DNA of 64,000 nt from Octopus vulgaris (Eukaryota), in assembly GCA_951406725.2 (NCBI GenBank), contig OX597837.1, forward strand, positions 45,260,001 to 45,324,000, given 5' to 3'. The notes under the pieces are model-generated. The model was not told the origin of the DNA. It made no database searches and worked only from the letters and a program-made list of their open reading frames with translations. The first letter of the stretch is position 1; each line of letters starts with the position of its first letter. This document shows positions 40,458 to 53,934 of the stretch, piece by piece. A program made the position numbers and the translations under genes.

Positions 40458-41892
40458 TCCCACTGACACTTACACACGTATTCTTTTCACACACACACAC
40501 ACGAGTTTGTGCATACATGTGTGTGCAGCAAAAGTTAAACTTGGTTTTGTTGTTTAGCTTCAAGTTTGCCTTAAGCTGACTTATAATCGAAGACGTTCCC
40601 ACGATGACCGTCTCGTCTTATGTAGGATTAGATTTTCTTATGACAGGTTTTAATATTCTGGGAAACATGACTGCTGTTTCTTGCATTTTGTTTGACCACA
40701 TACGGGCTGACAGGGTTTCACTCATCTTAACGTCACGTGATTGTCAATTATGGTATAAAGTCTAACTTCTGCTCATGTCACATCTATGCTACAACGTGCG
40801 CGCGCACCCACACCCACACCCACCCACACACCCACCCACACACACACACACACGTACACTCCCCCACACACTCACACATACACACGTGCACACACAGATG
40901 TGTGCGTGGTAAGGACGGGGTCAAAATGTGTATTTGAATTTCTGAATGCGCAAATGGTACGATTCTGTCTTGTCTGTGTGTCGCAATGGAGAAGTGAAAT
41001 TTGATCGCAATGTCAAGGTGAAACTGTGTGTCTGTATTGTTTGTTTTGTGTGTGTGTGTGTGTGTATGTGTGTGTGTGTGTGTCTGTGTGTGTGTGTAAG
41101 TATTTGCGTATGTATATGTGTGAATATATATGTATTTGTGTGTCAGTGTGTTTGTATGTACACTCAGTAAAGACGAATACTTGAATGTGTATGTATATGT
41201 ATATGGACGTATGTATGTATTATTTATACGTTTATATGTTTATATTCACATATTCTCATACACCCACGCACACAGACGCACAACCACGCACACACATATA
41301 TATATATATATACATATATCCACACACACACACGCACGCGCTTACATATGCACGCATTCACACACCTATGTCTGTGGGTGCGTGTGTGTGTGTGAATGCT
41401 TTATAGACATGTGTATGTATGTATGAATACATGTATATCTGACCATTTAAGAATATATAGTAACAACAACAATAACAATAACAACAACGACGACGACGAC
41501 GATGATGATGATGATGATGTTGATGATTAAAATAATGAACTGCCGGACTACATGTTCACACGGCACACGAATAAAGAGAAAGCGTTTTTGTTCAGTATTG
41601 GGGCACAGCACGATTTAACGAGACATCATTCAAAGCTTCCAATCTATATAAATTATATACGTATACTTGTGTGTATACATACATATACACACACTCACAC
41701 ACACGCACACACATATATATATATATATATTTGTTTACGTTTACGTCGAGTAAGGTAAGCTAACCAACCGTTGTTTTTTCTGTTCGTTTTAGTTACTCGA
41801 TTTTACTAAGCTATATTCTCGTGAAGTGTGTTGTTGTTTAACCCCTGGCAATTAGCCCCGAGAGAAAGAAGCTATGTTGAAATCCACTCCAG

Positions 41893-42298
41893 CTATGAGT
41901 ATTTCCTGTGGTTATAGGGGTAACGGCGAAGTTTTGGCTCGGCGGCTGTGGAATTCGTCCGCACACTCTTTTCGTTGTTGTGAGAAAGGTCGATGCCCAT
42001 AGGGATATCCGTTTCCTCGCAGTTGACTCGTTGTTTACGCGTCACCCCTATCACCACCTGGAGTCGGTCGGCGACGAAAGACGGGTAACAATCCGTGCTT
42101 TCGTTGCTCTGAGTGAACTGGGTGTATCGGATATCCTGCGGACATTGCGAGCGTAGTGTTCGCCGAGTGATGAGGGCGTACGGCTGGACAGCGGCAAGAA
42201 CAGACAGACACGCATACACATTCGCAAAGACCTGCAGGTAGATGGGGCTATCGGGTGGCGCTAGTTCGCAAGGATCATCATAGCGTCGAAGAATATAC
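41893..42298 (-). CDS. Probable terminal coding exon of a minus-strand gene, possibly last TM helix and C-tail of a 7TM receptor
   Basis: GC-richer unique island. The frame is open from a candidate acceptor (taaag at 42303-42299) to the stop at 41893: YILRRYDDPCELAPPDSPIYLQVFANVYACLSVLAAVQPYALITRRTLRSQC...YNHRKYS*. One hydrophobic helix is followed by a basic segment and a polar tail. The product assignment is inference only. Confidence 0.5.
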
Positions 42299-42869
42299 CT
42301 TTACATATTATGTACGACATAATACGTACTGAATTCCTACACTGTAGAGGTCAGCTTTACATTCTTAAATATTTCTGGTGTCGATAAAACAACAAAACAT
42401 CCCTGGTTGGTTGACTGTTAGAACTGTTTTAGTGTTCGATAGGGGTTGCGGCTTATTGATAAGGTTTCCGGACCATTTCGTAGTGAATTTCACTACCGCC
42501 ACGATTAACTTTGTCCCTTATCGTTTCATGTCTCCAGAGGCTCCGCGAGAAATAGGAATAGATAGACTGGACCCGGAACCATATGGTTCAGAACCAATCT
42601 TCTTACTACACAGCCATGCCAGCACCTATGCAAATATATTTTTTAGTCCTGGGTATGAGTTTAAACACCACCCTGTACTCGGGTCCGGGTTTGGTAGTTC
42701 CAAAGTTTTGAAAAGTGTGGTTCACCTCCTAGATATTTTTGTTCCCAGATCTATTCTAAACGGAATTTTAAAAGTACCTCCCGATCCTGGAATCGATCTC
42801 GCAATCATAAGATCGTGAGCACAACATCACTAACCCCTAACCACCATTTGTGAGGGTCCCGGTTATGAG

Positions 42870-43087
42870 TTAACCATTTAGTGTTCAAGTCTTTCTATGA
42901 AGCATATTGCTTATTTATTCACAGTGTTTTGTATTAATCATGCATTACCACAAATCCTTGAGATTTCGATGATGTTAATGTAAAATGACATTGTAGGGTC
43001 GATGTGATTGCCTGGACCTGGTCAGTTTGAACAGAAGGGAGATGGAATATTTTGGCCAGATATGGCTAGTTTAAATGCTAAAGGGTT
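42870..43087. mobile_element. piggyBac-type MITE (decayed)
   Basis: Ends ttaaccatttagtgtt / aaatgctaaagggtt form an imperfect TIR with TTAA on the left. Confidence 0.45.
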
Positions 43088-43514
43088 TTTTCAAGGATTC
43101 TCAAAGCATAAAAAGGCTGCAAGATACTGCAGTGCAGGGTGTGATTTTTAAGTAGATATGCTTACTATTTCTAGCATTTCGAGTGACTTTGATTATAAGT
43201 AAAGGCCGTTTCGTTAATCGTCAGGTATCTCTCTATGAGCAAGATGCAGTAAAAAAAAAAAAGAAGCCATTCAGCTTAGCTCACATTCCTTATAGTTCGT
43301 TCTTCATTAATTTGGAAATGCTATCGTCTGTTGCTCTGTTTTACCAATCTGCAAATCTTCCTAATATTTTTATTTTATTTTCCCAATTTAGTGCTAGTTA
43401 TGAACAATATGATTTTATTCGTCTTTCCGGCTGATAGCCTAAAGTAGAGATCGATAATACATACATATATATATGTATACACGTATGAATGTATGTGTAT
43501 GAGTGTGTGTATGT

Positions 43515-43577
<63 letters not shown>

Positions 43578-43601
43578 ATATATATATATATCCATATATA
43601 T

Positions 43602-43637
<36 letters not shown>

Positions 43638-43676
43638 CTATATATATATATATCATGTATCTATATATATATATAT

Positions 43677-43712
<36 letters not shown>

Positions 43713-43754
43713 CTATATATATATATCCATATATATATATATATACATGCATGC

Positions 43755-43790
<36 letters not shown>

Positions 43791-45007
43791 AACCAAAAAT
43801 ATAAAAATATGAATTAGCCTTACATTGTCAAGTGTATTTGGTAAGTAGGAAAAGATAAGAAATTTTCAATTTTATTATAAATTTGATATTGATTTTCTTT
43901 AAATTTGAAAACAAAATGTAACAAAAGATAATGTTTTTAATTTTAAATTTAACTTTATTTGCGCTAATGTAAAGTTTTCGTTTTATTTCTTTTATTTACT
44001 TATCGCAGGGCTGAGGAGGGGCAGGGGATTAAGCTTAGAACTTAAATTGGCAAAATTACTGATGTTTTTGTTTTTAGCTTACATCAACCTATTATCATGC
44101 AGAGCAGTGATAAGATGGCGTCGCTGACGTGACTACGGTCGGCCTTCTTCGTCATTGGTCACGATATCACAGAGACATTAACTTAACCATCTACGCTCTA
44201 CCTGGGCTAATTCCAGGAGCTGGAAATACCTGGCTCTAATTACACTTACCGCCTCTCCACTCATGAATAAGCCATGGAAAACGAACAACTCAATACATTT
44301 ACTACCTCCGTTGATCCGCACGCGATGCTAGCAAATTTTGAGCGTCGGTGATTGATCCATTCGACTCACTTCAGTATTTGAGTGACTCTTCACTTCTTGA
44401 GCTCAAAAGAACGGAAAGCAAATTTGAGCTCGGTTAGTTTTAAATTTAGAACGTAAAGAGCTAGAATCAATACCACAAGGAATTCTTCCGTCGTTGCTTC
44501 GATTCTCTCATTTCATCCCTTTCGATCTTTTATTTTAGCCTGTAAGCGTTGGATTGGAATGAAGAGCTACAGAAGGAAGGCTTCGACAAGTTCTCTCCAC
44601 CAGCCACAGTCCGATGTGGAGGCCGTGAATTTGAGCTTGAGACCATACTGGTTGTTCGATGAACCTGCTCTGCCACATTTGCTCGACATGGCTTTGCAGA
44701 GGGGTCCAGTTGGTTTTTATACTCACACCTAGGAGTAACAAAGTGCTTGAGCTCGCTGCACTTACCTGTGAGCGATAACATCATCAATATGAGACAAGGC
44801 AAGAAGCATCACGAGTCTTCTGGACCCTCCTGCTTCAGCATGGGATAACATTGTGGTATTCTAATTTATGAGGAGTCTGTTAATTTCAGAGATGTATCTG
44901 ACAAGGGATTTTGATCCGAAAACGAAAGTAGAATGGAACTAAAGCAATTGTGGATAGGAAAATAATATACTAATTTTTCACTGGATAAAGGCAATTTGCC
45001 ATCCTAA

Positions 45008-45403
45008 TTGTTAGCACGCTGGGCAAAGTGCTTATCGGTATTTCGTCTGCCGCTACGTTCTGAGTTCAAATTCCGCCGAGGTCGACTTTGCCTTTCATCC
45101 TTTCGGGGCCGATTAAATAAATACCAGTTACGCACTGGGGTCGATATAATCGACTTAATCCGTCTGTCTGTCCTTGTTTGTCCCCTCTGTTTGTAGCCCC
45201 TTGTGGGTAGTAAAGAAATAGGTATTTCGTCTGTCTTTACGTTCTGAGTTCAAATTCCGCCGAGGTCGACTTTGCCTTTCATCCTTTCGGGTCGATAAAT
45301 TAAGTACCAGTTACGCACTGGGATCGATGTAATTGACTTAATCTCTTTGTCTGTCCTTGTTTTTACCCTCTGTGTTTAACCTCTTGTGCGCAATAAAGAA
45401 ATA
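45008..45403 (+). mobile_element. SINE family B, two body units
   Basis: ggtatttcgtctg restarts at 45037 and 45221 (184-bp period). Confidence 0.85.
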
Positions 45404-45404
45404 A

Positions 45405-45700
45405 GAAATCACAGCTGATGAAGTTGTAGAAATTCTCCAATAACTGCTACTGTCTCTTTCCGGAGGTATAACAAGGAGTCGAATCCTGCTACCACACATA
45501 TGGTCTTCTAGCAGCAATCCACTCGGGAAAAGGTTTGCCCACAGGCTATAAGAGATTTATATAGTCGTCTGTTCAAATATGTAGAACGGTGTGACGTCAC
45601 CCTCACGGGATATATACTCGAGGACCATCAGAGTCTGGGGTCACTTGGTTTTCATGATGCGTGTATCCCGTCGCACAGCCTTTACAATATTCACAGAGCA
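45405..45700 (-). mobile_element. maT/DD37D-like Tc1/mariner transposase relic
   Basis: MKTK*PQTLMVLEYISREGDVTPFYIFEQ and WIAARRPYVW*QDSTPCYTS..LLENFYNF match recalled TKFPxxVMVxGxVSxEGxVMPP and GRPYVWQQDSAPCHTS motifs. Confidence 0.72.
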
Positions 45701-45828
45701 GCAGCCATGATGTCGGCATTTTGATACCCGACGCGAATCATCGTGATTCGAAGAACTCTTTTCCAATATTCCATTCTTCCATGTCAGATAAATGTAATAT
45801 GTATGTATGTGTGGTGAGTGCGTGTGCA

Positions 45829-45873
<45 letters not shown>

Positions 45874-46000
45874 GATAATATGATATAAAGTATATACGCA
45901 TACATATATGTATGCACATTGACTATGTACTCATGTCTTCCATAGACTTCAATAAAAATTTCTGCATGTGTATATGTAAGAATATATGTGTGTGTGTATG

Positions 46001-46082
<82 letters not shown>

Positions 46083-46392
46083 CATGTATGTAAGTATGTA
46101 TGTATGCATGTATGTATGTATGTATGTATGTATGTATGTATGTATGTATGTATGTATGTATGTATGTATGCATGTATGCATGTATGTATGCAATGTATGC
46201 GTGCATGCATGTAATTGCATTTTACAGCTGTTATATGTTTGCAAAAAAAAACAAGTTAAAAAAACCTCCGCATTCAGTTGCAAACGGGTTATCGAGTTCA
46301 CGAAATTGAAGTTTATTTTCTTAAAACAGATATTTATTGCACAATTACCTTTAACACCTGTATACACGCGCACGCACACACACACACACACG

Positions 46393-46448
<56 letters not shown>

Positions 46449-46957
46449 AACGCACACATACACACACAGACGCACACACATGCACACAGAGAGATATTGT
46501 CGACGACATAAGAACTTAGAAACTTTGAAAGAAAGGGAAATATTTTTTGGAAACATCGTTACTTGAAGCAGATAAGGTTACAAATAACACAAATAACAAT
46601 TAAAAATCGAACGCTCTCAGAGAGACTCAAGTCTACAGGTTCCCATAATGACAAGCGTTCTACCACCAGACAAAAGCAATCCTTCGATTGGCTCTCTTCA
46701 ATTTAGAAACTTTATTCTTACTATTCAGAATTGTATATTGATATAGGATTTCATTATAGGGACAACTCTTCTGCGAAACGACCGTAAGATGCTTAAATAA
46801 TTAATTCAAAACTTTTAAACTATCAAATTTATTTTATATATTATATCTATATTTTTACATTTATTTATTTATATATATTTTCAATACAATAAGCTCTTTC
46901 ACACGGGTATGTCTTTATGATGAGTTTGGATACTAATTTCCTTACATTAATAATAAT

Positions 46958-47375
46958 ACTCTTTACTCTTTTACTCTTTTACTTGTTTCAGTCATTTGAC
47001 TGCGGCCATGCTGGAGCACCGCCTTTAGTCGATCAAATCGACCCCGGGACTTATTCTTTGTAAGCCTAGTACTTATTCTATCGGTCTCTTTTGCGGAACC
47101 GCTAAGTGACGGGGACGTAAACACACCAGCATCGGTTGTCAAGCAATGCTAGGGGGACAAACACACATACACAAACACATACACACACACAAATATATAT
47201 ATACATATATACGACAGGCTTCTTTCAGTTTCCGTCTACCAAATCCACTCACAAGGCTTTGGTCGGCCCTGGGCTACAGTAGAAGACACTTGCCCAAGAT
47301 GCCACGCAGTGGGACTGAACCCGGAACCATGTGGTTGGTTAGCAAGCTACTTACCACTCAGCCACTCCTGCGCCT
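46958..47375 (-). mobile_element. SINE family A, full length, about 290 bp upstream of the paralog B acceptor
   Basis: Complete head aggcgcaggagtggctgagtggtaag...ggttcagtccc and (GTAAAAGA)n tail. Confidence 0.92.
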
Positions 47376-47685
47376 ATATATATAAGGCGCATATATATAG
47401 GCGCATATATAATATATCATTAAAAAATATATGTTGATAGTAAGAATAAATTTTCAAAAGTGGATAGTGAAGTTCGAAATATTCCTTTGGTCCAATGGTA
47501 AAGCGCCTGTAGCACTCATAACATTCTGTCAGTTCTTCCGTACCATTTAATAACAGCTTGCCTCATCTCCTCGTGACTTAAACAGTTTCATGACCGTGTA
47601 GGACGTGAAGATTCTATCAGATACTTTACATATATGTTTGACTTTTTCTTTTTTTTTCTTCATGCAGAGAAATTCTTCAACAAAA

Positions 47686-48603
47686 ATGGATATGCAGCAC
47701 CAAACCATAGAAAATATCGTAAAAAAATTGCACAGTTTTCTCTACGAAAACCATGACCTGCCCTTCATGGTACTCCTGGACCGCTACGCTGCAGACGACC
47801 GGAGGTTACTCACTAGCGTTCGATACAACGGCGTCACACCATTGTTTTATGCTGCCATTACTAACAATACGGTCATAATCCAATACCTTATCACACACTG
47901 TAAGTGTCTAATCGACCAGAGGTGTTATTTCTACAACTCGGAAAGGGTAACTCCTTTCTGGGCAGCGGTCGTCAAAGACAACTGCAAAGCTGCAAACATG
48001 CTTTTGGCCTTCGGTGCCAATATCAATGCCCGTGGATGGTGGGGGTCAACAGCGTTGATTAAGTCTTTAGTAGAGAAGAATTTACAGATGGCTCGGATAA
48101 TCTTGAGCTATGAAGCTAACATCGATGCTTGCACTAATGAAAGAAGAACAGCACTTATGGCTGCCACGTTTGATATAGACTTCACTAAAGAACTGCTGTG
48201 CAGAAGTAAATACAGCTTACACCAACAAGATATATTCGGTAACACAGCTTTACACCACGCTGTTCAAAACAAGCATTTGGATGTAGCTTCGTTGCTTGTC
48301 AAATCCGGAATAAATCCATTGACGCCCAACCACAAAGGTGTAGATTCCTTAACATTGGTCAAAGAATGTCGAAAGAAATTAATGGGGGTGCCACCTGTCT
48401 GTCGGCGACTTCAATTCGCTTCTTTCGGCGAAAGAACAACTAACACTAGCCAATGCACTGACCTATACTATTTTGATCCCGAGGAACACGACTGCCCTGA
48501 TCGCGATGGTTGTGGAGACTGGGACTTTGTTGACAGTAACCCGTTGAAAGATCTTCCGGACTTTGACCATAATCAATTGCAGGCATCCTATTACCGGAAA
48601 TAG
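47686..48603 (+). CDS. Ankyrin-repeat protein, Fem-1-like N-terminal domain only (305 aa), paralog B
   Basis: Intact ORF aligning without gaps to paralog A from YNGVTP to the last ankyrin repeat (about half the residues identical by hand count; shared GWWGSTAL, TPFWAA, TKELL, GNTALH). Strong acceptor tttttttcttcatgcag ends at 47667; ATG at 47686 in aaaATGG context. Confidence 0.88.
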   Translation: MDMQHQTIENIVKKLHSFLYENHDLPFMVLLDRYAADDRRLLTSVRYNGVTPLFYAAITNNTVIIQYLITHCKCLIDQRCYFYNSERVTPFWAAVVKDNCKAANMLLAFGANINARGWWGSTALIKSLVEKNLQMARIILSYEANIDACTNERRTALMAATFDIDFTKELLCRSKYSLHQQDIFGNTALHHAVQNKHLDVASLLVKSGINPLTPNHKGVDSLTLVKECRKKLMGVPPVCRRLQFASFGERTTNTSQCTDLYYFDPEEHDCPDRDGCGDWDFVDSNPLKDLPDFDHNQLQASYYRK

Positions 48604-48744
48604 AAACCTAGCTTTTGTTTTTTTTTCTTTTACTTTGAATGATATTAAAGATACCAAAACACAGCAAAATTTTATTTGTTTATTAATATTATCATCATCG
48701 TCGTCGTTGTCGTCTTCGTCATCATCATCATCATCATCATCATT

Positions 48745-49087
48745 TTCGACGTGGAGGTTTTTCCCTTTTTCTCAAAGGCTGTGATTACTTTCGAGACAGT
48801 GCTTCTTGATACACCAAACATTTCGGCCGTTATCATTACGCTAGCGTCTGCCATACGAGCACCAACAATTTGACCTCTTTGAAAGTCCGATAGATTTGTC
48901 ATTTTAATGGATTTTAATTACATTTTTCTGATGATATCTGAAAAGAAACAGCACTTTTAACAAAACATATTAAGCAACACTAATAAAAATCAAAAAAACA
49001 AAAATAAACAAGCTTTTGACGGTTTTATAGATATTACAAAATTATGATGCTATGATGCGAGGTGTTTCCATTATTTTGTCCAACCCC
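48745..49087 (-). mobile_element. Tc1-like element 5' end (TIR + HTH)
   Basis: TIR-like GGGGTTGGACAAAATAATGGAAACACC; MTNLSDFQRGQIVGARMADASVMITAEMFGVSRSTVSKV. Confidence 0.85.
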
Positions 49088-49830
49088 ATTAAATATATAT
49101 ATATATATATAGTGTGTCTGTGTGCTTGTGTGGTGTGTGTGTATGTGTGTGTGTGTGTGTATTTGAGTCTGTTTACCTCCCCCACTAACTCAGCTGGTGC
49201 TGTGTTTGCGTCCCGTACTCTAGCGGTTCGGCCAAAGAATCGGATAGAGTAAGTACAGAGGTTGATTAGTTCGATTAAAATTCTTCAAGGTGGGTGCTTG
49301 AGCAGTCGGATGGCTGAAACAAATAAAAGGACAACAGAATAAGAGGATAAAACTACTTTAAAACATGATCGAATTCAAAAAAATGACATCATGAGACGAA
49401 GAAGAGGAAGAGAACGGAGAGGAAGGCGAAGAAAAGAAAATGGCGGATATCGAAAGAGAAATGCGTAGAAGGCGGAGCAATGACTTAAGAGCAAATTGCT
49501 TTTGATTATTACAAATGAGAGTTGGGTTGTTTTTGCTTGTTTGCTTTCTTCTCTTTTCTGGTTTTCAGCTGAGAAACAAAATTTATCAACAACAGCAAAA
49601 CAAACGCTGCCTCCATCTTTACGCCTCACAAAACAAAAGTAGAAAGCAACAACAACAACGACGACGACGCGTCGGTGTGAGCAGCAGCAATAAACGCAGC
49701 AACAAGATAAACCGTATGTTTCGTTACTCAAGTAACATAAGACATTTTATATTATTTGTATGGACCCTAGTGGCCAGTACAATTATTATTGTTATTGCTA
49801 TTATTATTATGGTTGTTACTGGTGTTGATA

Positions 49831-50420
49831 AGGCGGCGAGCTGGCAGAGACGTTAGCGCGCCGGGCGATATGCTTAGCGGTATTTCGTCTGCCGTTACGT
49901 TCTGAGTTCAAATTCCGCCGGGGTCAACTTTGCCTTCCATTTTTTCGGGGTCGATTAAATAAGTACCAGTTACGCACTGGGGTCGATGTAATCGACTTAA
50001 TCCGTTTGTCTGTCCTCGTTTATCCTATCTGTGTTTAGCCCCTTGTGGGTAGTAAAGAAATAGGTATTTCGTCTGCCGTTATGTTCTGAGTTCAAATTCC
50101 GCCGAGGTCGAGTTTGCCTTTCATTCTTTCGGGGTCGATTAAATAAGTACCAGTTATGCACTGGGGTCGATATAATCGACTTAATCTGTTTGTCTGTCCT
50201 TGTTTATCCTCTCTGTGTTTAGCCCCTTGTGGGCAGTAAAGAAATGGGTATTTCGTCCGTCTTTACGATTTGAGTTCAAATTCCGTCGAGGTCGACTTTG
50301 CCTTTCATTCTTTCGGGTCGATAAAATCAATACCAGTCAACATTGGGGTCGATGTAATCGACTAACTCCCCTCCCACCCACCGCCACAGAAATGTCAGGC
50401 CTTGTGACAAAATTTGAAAT
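49831..50420 (+). mobile_element. SINE family B, three body units
   Basis: Head at 49831; units restart at about 49879, 50062 and 50248. Confidence 0.88.
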
Positions 50421-50708
50421 CATCATTATTGTTGTTGTTGTTGTTTAAACTCGAGTCCTTAAAAGAACATACGCAGGCATCAAAAGACGTACAAGAAAGT
50501 GACGTGACATACTTAGACGATACTATATCCGTTGTATGATGTCTCACTGTTTCATCATTTCAACGTCGCCGCCATCTTAATACAAGACTAAATCTCCATT
50601 TCAAACCGTCTGCCTCTTCACTATCGCCTCCGCCATCTTTACTGCGTTTCGCTGTAATGAAATACTGATTGATTTCTTATATTGATGAGCGTGTGCGTAG
50701 GTGCGTGA

Positions 50709-50739
<31 letters not shown>

Positions 50740-50744
50740 CGTGG

Positions 50745-50775
<31 letters not shown>

Positions 50776-51141
50776 CGAGTGTATGTGTGTGTGTGTGTGC
50801 GTGTGATGTGGTACACTCAACTGTTTGAACGTTGGTTGATAGTGTACGTATGATAATTTATGTGTATGCGTATATGTGTGTGTATGTGTGCGTGTGTGTG
50901 TGATAGCATATGATAGTATAGTATGCGTTTGTGCTTGAGTATGAGTAAATGTGTGCGTGTACGTGTGTGTACGTGTGCGTGTATGTGTGTGCGAGAAAGC
51001 TTGCTATAGTTTGATAGTGTGTTAAAAATGCGTGTACGTGTATGTGTGTGAACAGCGATAAAATGTGTGGTAGGAGGTGGGGGTGGGTCTCTGTTGAATA
51101 TGAACATCTGATAGAGTTGTGCAAGGACGTGATAGTGTTTA

Positions 51142-51173
<32 letters not shown>

Positions 51174-51574
51174 TGTGTGTGATGTGATACTTTTACGTAT
51201 TTCTGATTATGTGTCCATATATGTGTGCATGACAAGGTATATGTGTGTTTATGTGCGTGTGAGTATGTGTTTGTATGTGTAAGTGTATGTGTGGGTGTAT
51301 GTGTCTATATGTGTGTTTATGAGTGTATCTGTCATAATGAAATCTGTTTCAACGCCAGTTGAATGCGTCTATGTGTGTGCGTGTGTATGTGTGTTTGTGT
51401 GTGTACGTGTGTATGTGTGTATGTGTGTATGTATGTGTGTATGTATGTATATGTGTATGTATGTATGTATGTGTGTATGTATGTGTGTATGTATGTATGT
51501 ATGTATGTGTATGTATGTATGTTTGTGTGTGTATGCGTGTGTGATAGAATCATATTTATCTTTTATCTTTCACA

Positions 51575-51769
51575 TGTTTCAGTCATTAGACTGCGACCAT
51601 GCTGGGGCATCGCCTTAAAGAACGTTTTAGTTGAATGCCTCGACCCCAATGCTTGTTAAGCCTAGTCCTTATCCCATCGGTTTCTATTGCTGAACCGCTA
51701 AGTTACTGGGATGTAAACCCACCAGCACCAATTGTCAAGCGGTGGTGGGGAGAGCAAACACAAACACAA

Positions 51770-51800
<31 letters not shown>

Positions 51801-51915
51801 CACCTACATACCAAATCCATTCACAAGATTTTGGTCGGCCCGCGGTTACAGATGAAGACACTTGCTCAATGCACCGGCATGCAATGAGACTGAACCCGGA
51901 ACCATGTGGTTGTGG
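51575..51915 (-). mobile_element. SINE family A, diverged
   Basis: tgtttcagtcattagactgcgaccatgctgg...gactgaacccggaaccatgtgg. Confidence 0.8.
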
Positions 51916-52106
51916 AAATTCTACCGTTAAACGGTAGTTAAACATGCTTGTCATAACGTGCGTATGTCTGTGTAACGGGATATAATTCATGAACATCGAT
52001 TGAATACATGTGTGTGCATAAGTAAATAGATGTATGTGTTTGTATCATTACAGATTGTGTGATTAGACGTTGTTTGAATGCGAATGTCTGTATAATGTGT
52101 TTGTGA

Positions 52107-52144
<38 letters not shown>

Positions 52145-52439
52145 GTGTGTGTGTGTGTTTTCTATGCATATATGTATGTGTAAGTGCCATGGCGGATTTT
52201 GTGCGTTTCCGAATGTCCGATTGTATGTGTAATTACGTAAAACAATACATGTGTGAATGTTTAAATGCTTGTGTGGTCGAGCACCTCCCATGCACTTCCA
52301 ACAATTATATGTTGTATCGCTAAGAGTAAATATTGACATATATGTATGTAGCTACCATTCGGATAAACATGAGCGTGTGTGTGTGTGTGTGTATTCGTAT
52401 GTGTGTGTATATATGTATGTATGAATATATATGAATATG

Positions 52440-52505
<66 letters not shown>

Positions 52506-52508
52506 TAC

Positions 52509-52540
<32 letters not shown>

Positions 52541-53892
52541 ATATATATATATATGTATGTATGTATTACATATGCATGTATGTTTGTCTGTATGCCTATC
52601 TGCGCGTGCGTATGAACTCCGACAGATTTAACAGAGATTATTGCAAACATTATCTTTCCTGTCCTTTTCTCTTCCTTATGATTAATTCCCATTTTAAAGT
52701 TTGGAATCGCCGGCAGGGTTGGCCCGGGGCGGTCGAGGGTGGACGTAGGGACGGACGAACGGAGTAACAAAAGAATATTATTTTTCCCCTCCTAACATCA
52801 CCCGGCACCCCACCATTAATACCCGCATTGTTTAGTTAAGAAAGCGGACAACCCGAATTAAGCATCTAATGTATACAATATGATTTTTCTCAACGGGATT
52901 AAGTTTGCATCGTGGAATAACTAAACTCATCTAATTCACTTTTACTATTACATATCCATATTGAGTCTATTTTGCTGCACAGTATGTTCTGTGGCCGTTG
53001 CTGTTGTTGTTGTTGTTGTGGTTGATCTTGTTCTTATTCTTGTAATTGCTTTTTTGCTACTTGTTTTTGGTGTTGTTTTCCCTCTTTTCTTTTGTTTGCA
53101 GTCGTCATCGTTCTTGTGTAGTATATGTATTTGAATGTGTACGTGTGATTATAGAATCTATTCTTGAACGTTGATTGAATATGTGCACCTGTGTGTTTTT
53201 ACTATGTACGTTATGTATGTATATATGTGTGCATTTGTTTGTTGCTATGTGTATATGTATGAGGGAAAATATGTGTGCTCCCTTGCATGTATGCCATACT
53301 ATGTGTGTATGTGTATACGCGCGAGTGATAATATGCGCGTATCTCTGCGTATATGAATATGTGAGTACACGTGTGTCTGCATGTGTAAGTGAATGTGGGC
53401 AACTGTTTGTGTGAATGTGTGTTCGTTTGAAAATGTGTGTGCGCGTGTATGCACATATGTGCGTGCTTATGTTTGGTCCCTTACAGAGAGAGATAGCAAT
53501 TACAGAACATCAACTGCAAAAGAAAAAGCAACAAAAATCATTCTCAAACTCTTCTTTCACTTTTAGAAAGTTTCTTCTAGCCCAAGCTGGAGCTTCACAT
53601 ACCATATCATGAGAAACCACGTGAGATAACAAAGGTTATAATGAATAATTCTTGCTGATGTTAATTTATACACACACACACATATATATATATACAAACA
53701 AATAAATAAATATACATATATATATACATATATATTTCGTCTGTCTTCACGTTCTGAGATCAAATTCCGCCGAGGTTGGCGTTGCCTTTCATCCTTTCGG
53801 GGTTGATAAATTAAGTACCAGCTGAGTATTGAGGTCAATCTAATCGACTGGCCCCTCCCCCAAATTTAGGGCCTTGTGCCTAGAGTAGAAAA

Positions 53893-53928
<36 letters not shown>

Positions 53929-53934
53929 TTAGGT

